Shown in pieces: positions 59,624 through 64,000 of a DNA stretch of 64,000 bases (positions are counted from its first letter, which is position 1; the number at the start of each line of letters is the position of its first letter). The translations under genes were made by a program, and so were the position numbers. A model generated the notes under the pieces. It was not told where the DNA came from and did not search any database. It saw only the letters and a list, made by a program, of their open reading frames with translations. This DNA comes from Methylomonas sp. (GTDB lineage Bacteria > Pseudomonadota > Gammaproteobacteria > Methylococcales > Methylomonadaceae): assembly GCA_026988155.1 (NCBI GenBank), contig JALSLW010000001.1:11869-75868 (forward strand), given 5' to 3'.

Positions 59624-59662
59624 TTGTAAATAGTATGTAAAAGATTGGCATTATTTTTTTAC
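59624..59662 (+). promoter_or_regulatory. Direct TGTAAA repeats (11-bp spacing) plus an inverted TTTACA upstream of the VWA gene
   Basis: TTGTAAA (59624-59630) and ATGTAAA (59635-59641), then TTTACA (59657-59662), lie 70-110 nt upstream of the ATG at 59733. The OmpR-family regulator gene is divergent. The regulatory role is inferred. Confidence 0.3.
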
Positions 59663-59732
59663 ATTCTCATGTCTATAGGCAACAGCTCTCAATAAGTAAA
59701 CTGTTTACACCATAAAAAAACAGGAGAGAAAA

Positions 59733-61127
59733 ATGAATATTTTAAATAAAACAGGCCTGATTATACTCATGCTTATATCTGCCCAAATAGGCTGGGCAAG
59801 GAGCATGCCTGCACCGCCTTGGCATAGCTCCAATAAAATACAGGTTCAGACCAAATTATCACAGACTAAAATAGTGCAGCATAGTGCAAATACAGTATTT
59901 GTCGATATGACGTTTACGCCGCCAGCAATCAGTAGCCTGACTGGCCATCAACGCGCGACAGACATAATCATCGTCCTAGACCGTAGTGGCTCCATGTCGG
60001 AAGCTAAAAAAATGCCCTATGCTAAAGCTGCAATCTGGGACGTATTGGGGAGGTTAAGAGAAAATGACCGCTTCGCACTAGTCTCATTTGCAGATAATGC
60101 CATAGTGCAGTCGCCCTTGGTTAATGTATCAGCATCAACGCGAAACTATTTAAATAATGTGGTGAGATCAATCAGAGCATCAGGCGGTACAAATATGGGC
60201 GATGGTTTAAACGCAGCAATAAGGCTTCTGGATAAAAATGCCAATGAACGGGCTAAGAAAATTCTACTGCTTTCTGATGGACAGGCAAATCAGGGCATCA
60301 CAAATCCTGAACAGTTGTCTCAAATAGTAGCCAGAGCCACACAATATGGAGCAGTATTATCAACCATAGGGATGGGACTGGGGTTTAACGAAAACTTGAT
60401 GGCAAGATTAGCGGATTACGGCATGGGACACTATTCCTACCTGGAAGACTTAACTGGATTGGGAACAATTCTGACCAGAGATTTACATGAAACTAGAAAT
60501 ATTTATGCCAACAGCAGCAGTTTGGAAATCAATCTAGGTGACGGAGTAAAATTGATAGATGCAGGTGGATACCCTATAAGCTATATGGGAACATCGGCGG
60601 TTAAAATAGCAACAGGACAAATGCTGTCTAATACCCAGAAGCATTTTGTGATGACATTTAATGTACCTACTGCAAATATAGGCTCAGTCTCATTGGGTTC
60701 AATGCGTTTAAACTACCAGATTCAGGGACAGAAGATGCAAACCCAAATCAGACCTGAAGCATTATTTTTAGCTGTAGTTGCACCAGAATTCAAGATTCAG
60801 GCACAGCAGTCAATTGATAAGGAAATCTATCAAAATAGCTGGAAAGATAACAACTTAGGCAGAATGAAGAAAAAACTCAGCAAATGGATGCGGGAAGGTA
60901 AAAAATATCAGGCTAAACAGGCTATTAAACAGTATCGAAAAGAAATTAACCAAGCATCAAGAGAGAGTAATCTGCCCTTGGCTTCATCAAAAATGGAAGG
61001 TCAATTGCAAGAAATGGAATCGCAAGTGGATGATGCCTTTGCGGGCAGTATGCTAGACCAGCAAGTTAAAAGAAACCGTGCGGCCAAAAGCATGCAGTAT
61101 GACTCAATTAAAACGCAGAGAAAGTAA
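59733..61127 (+). CDS. Secreted von Willebrand factor A (VWA) domain protein with C-terminal coiled-coil
   Basis: Signal peptide, MIDAS motif IIIVLDRSGSMS with ...GGTNMGDGL... and ...LLSDGQAN..., and a Lys/Gln-rich helical tail. Confidence 0.85.
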   Translation: MNILNKTGLIILMLISAQIGWARSMPAPPWHSSNKIQVQTKLSQTKIVQHSANTVFVDMTFTPPAISSLTGHQRATDIIIVLDRSGSMSEAKKMPYAKAAIWDVLGRLRENDRFALVSFADNAIVQSPLVNVSASTRNYLNNVVRSIRASGGTNMGDGLNAAIRLLDKNANERAKKILLLSDGQANQGITNPEQLSQIVARATQYGAVLSTIGMGLGFNENLMARLADYGMGHYSYLEDLTGLGTILTRDLHETRNIYANSSSLEINLGDGVKLIDAGGYPISYMGTSAVKIATGQMLSNTQKHFVMTFNVPTANIGSVSLGSMRLNYQIQGQKMQTQIRPEALFLAVVAPEFKIQAQQSIDKEIYQNSWKDNNLGRMKKKLSKWMREGKKYQAKQAIKQYRKEINQASRESNLPLASSKMEGQLQEMESQVDDAFAGSMLDQQVKRNRAAKSMQYDSIKTQRK

Positions 61128-61217
61128 GCTGCGGTTTTGGTGTTCTTATCTGTAACTCAGCATGCTTTGTCAATTCGGCCTGGGAGTAATCCAGCTGATT
61201 GGGAGCGACCCAATGTC

Positions 61218-61305
61218 ATTAAATTAAGCATAAAACATTCGGAGGAGGGACTTTATTCCCTATAAAAACGGGGCTAAAGCCCCGTCTCCAGCTCAATTAT
61301 AAAAT
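61218..61305. repeat. Structured repeat, right copy (inverted relative to 59459-59560)
   Basis: CATTAAATTAAGCATAAAACATTCGGAGGAGGGACTTTATTCCCTATAAAAACGGGGCTAAAGCCCCGTCTCC aligns to the reverse complement of the left copy at roughly 85% identity by eye. Confidence 0.8.
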
Positions 61306-61356
61306 CCGGCTGGGCAGTTCCAGCGGAGTAGTGGTAAAAATAAAACACAGCATACT

Positions 61357-61518
61357 TAAGTACCCAAGTAAAATTAATTTAATAGTTTTACGCAGGATTT
61401 TTTTTCATTTTAGGCCCTGAATAAATAGGCGCATAGCGAGCTACGTAACTATTTATTCAGGGTCTAAAATGGTAAAAAAGACAAGTAAAAAGTTAAATTA
61501 ATTTTACTTGGGTACTTA
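61357..61518. repeat. 162-bp long palindromic repeat (family 2 long form), directly after the intI stop
   Basis: The outer arms equal the 46-bp hairpin (TAAGTACCCAAGTAAAATTAATTT...TTTTACTTGGGTACTTA). The inner part (GCAGGATTTTT...CATAGCGAGCTACG...AAAAAGACAAG) is related to the core of family 1. Confidence 0.85.
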
Positions 61519-61524
61519 TACAGG

Positions 61525-62505
61525 TTACAAATCATCCAAAGGGCTAATAACACCCTCGCCACCTTGCTTTAAAACATGTGTATAAATCATAGTCGTTTCC
61601 AAATTCTTATGGCCAAGCAAAGACTGAATCGTTCTAATATCAGTACCCCGCTGCAGCAAATGGGTCGCAAAACTATGCCGAAAAGTATGAGCACTCACTT
61701 TCTTGGTAATCCCCGTTTTGCGTATAGCCTGTTTAATGGCCTTATTAACAATTGACTGGTCAGTATGATGCCTTCGGGGTAAGCCGCTACGAGGGTCCTT
61801 GGATAAATTGCGGCTTGGAAAAACATACTGCCAATTAAATTCTTTATCTGCATTCGGATACTTTCGTGCCAGCGCATACGGCAGATAGACAGCCCCTGCT
61901 TCCGCCTCTAAATCCTTTTCATGAATAGCTTTAACCCTTTCCAGATGATTGTGCAGCAAAGGCACCAGACTCTCTGAAAAGGGAGTGACTCGATCAGACA
62001 ACCCTTTGCCATTGCGTACAGTTATTTGTCTATAGCCGAAATCAATATCCTGCACACGCAGGCGAACAGCCTCAGTAATTCGCAGGCCGCTGCCATACAG
62101 CAGCTTTACCAATAGCTCAGGAGTACCCTCAAGAAAAGCAAGTGTTTGCTTAACCTCTTCGCGTGTCAATACAACAGGAACCCGTTTCTCTTTTCTTGTC
62201 CGAGTAGCCTCAACGCCCTCTAAAGGACAGTTCAAAACACGCTTATAAAAAAACACCAAGGCATTAAAGGCCTGGTTTTGAGTAGAAGCTGCTACATTAG
62301 CCTGCACAGCCAGATGCGTTAAAAAAGCCTCAACTTTTTTTTCAGCATCAATCAGCAAAGCTTCTTTCTTCTGTAAATGATGGAAACGAATGTACCGGGC
62401 AACCCAGTCACAATAAGCACGCTCGGTATGGATGGAATAATGCAGTCGCCGTAAAATATCGCGCATTTCATCCAAGATGCTTTTCTTGCTGTTTTGTGTA
62501 GACAT
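61525..62505 (-). CDS. intI: Integron integrase (IntI, tyrosine recombinase)
   Basis: The IntI-specific insertion [40 protein letters not shown] is present. The catalytic regions are [26 protein letters not shown] and [15 protein letters not shown]. Confidence 0.9.
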   Translation of the reverse strand: MSTQNSKKSILDEMRDILRRLHYSIHTERAYCDWVARYIRFHHLQKKEALLIDAEKKVEAFLTHLAVQANVAASTQNQAFNALVFFYKRVLNCPLEGVEATRTRKEKRVPVVLTREEVKQTLAFLEGTPELLVKLLYGSGLRITEAVRLRVQDIDFGYRQITVRNGKGLSDRVTPFSESLVPLLHNHLERVKAIHEKDLEAEAGAVYLPYALARKYPNADKEFNWQYVFPSRNLSKDPRSGLPRRHHTDQSIVNKAIKQAIRKTGITKKVSAHTFRHSFATHLLQRGTDIRTIQSLLGHKNLETTMIYTHVLKQGGEGVISPLDDL

Positions 62506-62755
62506 ATAAATGAAAAAGAATTAAGCTAAGGGTTAATTATTATAAGGCTAAACCTAGTTTGTTGGATAATATCAAATATCAGGGAAAGTTTATATGATAA
62601 TTTGGATAATAGGAAAATATGCTTTAATTTACGGTCAATACAGTGGAATAGCAGGGAAAAAGGTCAGGATACATTATCCTGTCAAATATTCCTGATTTGC
62701 CGGTTAATACTGTGGGATATCAGGGCGAATCTGCCTGTTAATAATAATGTTAGAA
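62506..62755 (+). other. attI-like region with candidate crossover site GTTAGAA
   Basis: GTTAGAA at 62749-62755 is identical to the 7-mer closing the attC-like site at 63923-63929. Three ATA(T/G)CAGGG repeats lie at 62576, 62647 and 62716. It sits between divergent intI and the first cassette ORF. Confidence 0.4.
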
Positions 62756-62785
62756 ATTTATAGTTAAGATAGGGATCGAGGGAAA

Positions 62786-63694
62786 TTGAAGAAATTATTT
62801 TATAAAATTTTTGTGAATAATAGCATCATTAGTTTTCTTAGTTCTCCTATAATGGGAATTGTTGTACCTCCTTTGGTGGGGCTATATTATGGAACGCTAG
62901 ACATCTGGGGCGAAGATTGGAAAATAATAAAAGACTATAAAGAAATCCATGAGTTTGTATTCCTAATGCTGGCATCTTTAACAGTTTTAATCCTATTTCT
63001 TAAGGGGCTATCTGAACAATTTAAAGGAATAGTTAATAAAAAATATCAGAATATCCTGGAATCGCTAGTAGTTTTTTTTAATGATTTAGTAAAAAAGAAA
63101 AAAGATCGCTTTTATCAAAAAGCGAAGAATGTTAAACCAAATGCTGATATTTTTAAAATAATTACTCAACCAAAAGATCAACTAGATTTTGTTCTTGATG
63201 GTACGAAGACACTTTTAAAAAATGGCTTTGAAATAGAGCCAAAGAACATAGCAATAACAATAATTCAGGGGGTTCCATCGGAGGCCAAGTGGTGGTATGA
63301 ATTTAAGTGTGATTCGCAGAAACAACATACCAAGGCAAAACAAATCATGGAAGGGAGTTCAACCGCTAGTTATTGCTACAAAAATGGGGAAAGTATTTTT
63401 ATTTCTGATATCCGAAAAGGTTTAAAAGAGAATATTTTTTTAACATCAGAACGTTCAAAAAAATCTACTATAGGTTCTATATACTGTAAACCAGTTCGAA
63501 TAAATGTAAATTCAATAGATTTCGTCTATATTTTTACCATGGTAATCTATGGTGAATTTCTTTGTACACCTTATGATGAAGAAGAATGCAAAGCCTGTGA
63601 ACGATTGCTTGACGAAGTTGGCGATAGAGTCGAATTAGAATTATATTTACATTCTATAAGAAAATATAAAGACAGTGGAGGAAAAGCAGCATGA
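62786..63694 (+). CDS. Cassette ORF 1: membrane-anchored protein with a possible GAF-like soluble domain, function unknown
   Basis: Two hydrophobic helices (SIISFLSSPIMGIVVPPLVGLYYG; FVFLMLASLTVLILFL), then a region of about 200 aa containing EGSSTASYCYKNGESIFISDIRK...STIGSIYCKPVRIN...FVYIFTMVIYG. TTG start preceded by GAGGGAAA. Confidence 0.6.
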   Translation: MKKLFYKIFVNNSIISFLSSPIMGIVVPPLVGLYYGTLDIWGEDWKIIKDYKEIHEFVFLMLASLTVLILFLKGLSEQFKGIVNKKYQNILESLVVFFNDLVKKKKDRFYQKAKNVKPNADIFKIITQPKDQLDFVLDGTKTLLKNGFEIEPKNIAITIIQGVPSEAKWWYEFKCDSQKQHTKAKQIMEGSSTASYCYKNGESIFISDIRKGLKENIFLTSERSKKSTIGSIYCKPVRINVNSIDFVYIFTMVIYGEFLCTPYDEEECKACERLLDEVGDRVELELYLHSIRKYKDSGGKAA

Positions 63695-63915
63695 GAAGAA
63701 TACTAATGAGTGATAAGGATGAATTTGATTACTCTAAAAATAATAACTCACGAAACTTAGCACTGAAAAAACTAGCTTCTTTTTTTGATGGTGTGGAAGA
63801 TAAGGCACAAATTAAGGAGCAAGTAACAATTTCTAACAATTGCATCCAGTCGACCGCTGAAAGCGTCACGGTTTTTGCTAACGCAAAAAACCGCGCCACT
63901 TCCAGCGGCGGCTGA
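63691..63915 (+). CDS. Cassette ORF 2: 74-aa hypothetical protein, translationally coupled to ORF 1
   Basis: There is an ATGA start/stop overlap at 63691-63694. The stop TGA (63913-63915) lies inside the attC-like palindrome. I recognise no family. Confidence 0.5.
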   Translation: MRRILMSDKDEFDYSKNNNSRNLALKKLASFFDGVEDKAQIKEQVTISNNCIQSTAESVTVFANAKNRATSSGG

Positions 63916-63930
63916 TGCAGGCGTTAGAAG
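63875..63930 (+). other. attC-like recombination site (56 bp)
   Basis: TTGCTAACGC (63875-63884) pairs with GCGTTAGAAG (63921-63930). This gives an AAC...GTT geometry with an R'-like GTTAGAA, and the inner imperfect palindrome CCGCGCCACT/AGCGGCGG has unpaired bases. Confidence 0.6.
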
Positions 63931-63944
63931 GCAAAAGGAATATC

Positions 63945-64000
63945 GTGGCAAATACTAAACTTATCGAACATTCATTTGAGGAACTCGCTCAAAGTTTACG
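63945..64000 (+). CDS. Possible start of the next cassette ORF (truncated by the window end)
   Basis: A GTG at 63945 is preceded by AAGGAA. The reading frame (GTG-start)ANTKLIEHSFEELAQSL... stays open to the end of the window. Confidence 0.3.
   Translation, partial: MANTKLIEHSFEELAQSL

Larger units (their letters stand above)
61525..64000. mobile_element. Integron platform (intI, attI-like junction, first cassettes); the array probably continues beyond the window
   Basis: This is the combination of the intI, attI-like and attC-like features and the cassette-oriented ORFs listed separately. Confidence 0.7.

Overview
AT-rich, gammaproteobacterial-type chromosomal segment centred on the replication-origin gene set. 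mnmE-yidC-yidD-rnpA-rpmH lie on the minus strand. dnaA, a DnaA-box cluster, dnaN, recF, gyrB, lgt and thyA lie on the plus strand. The genus cannot be determined from the sequence alone. From left to right the window holds: (1) a TelA / SPFH / zinc-ribbon stress module, a HupE-like protein, a desaturase and phoBR; (2) a ~16 kb ABC-transporter-dependent (Wzm/Wzt) O-polysaccharide locus with gmd-rmd (GDP-D-rhamnose), very large multi-module GT4 glycosyltransferases and a coiled-coil methyltransferase; (3) the origin region; (4) a 1720-aa exonuclease-RecQ-UvrD fusion helicase; (5) a multicopper oxidase and a GNAT; (6) an orphan tethered-amino-acid operon (acyl-CoA-dehydrogenase-like, truncated class II aaRS-like amino acid:carrier-protein ligase, small carrier protein, conserved hypothetical, GH2) with a Cys-type thioesterase-like gene nearby; (7) a two-component system and a VWA protein bracketed by inverted repeats; (8) at the right edge an integron integrase with an attI-like junction, a two-gene cassette of unknown function and a 56-bp attC-like site. 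Several families of long, near-identical palindromic repeats run through the window, and some of them overlap CDS 3' ends. I recognised no rRNA, tRNA or CRISPR array. All family assignments come from motif recognition by eye and need HMM or BLAST confirmation.
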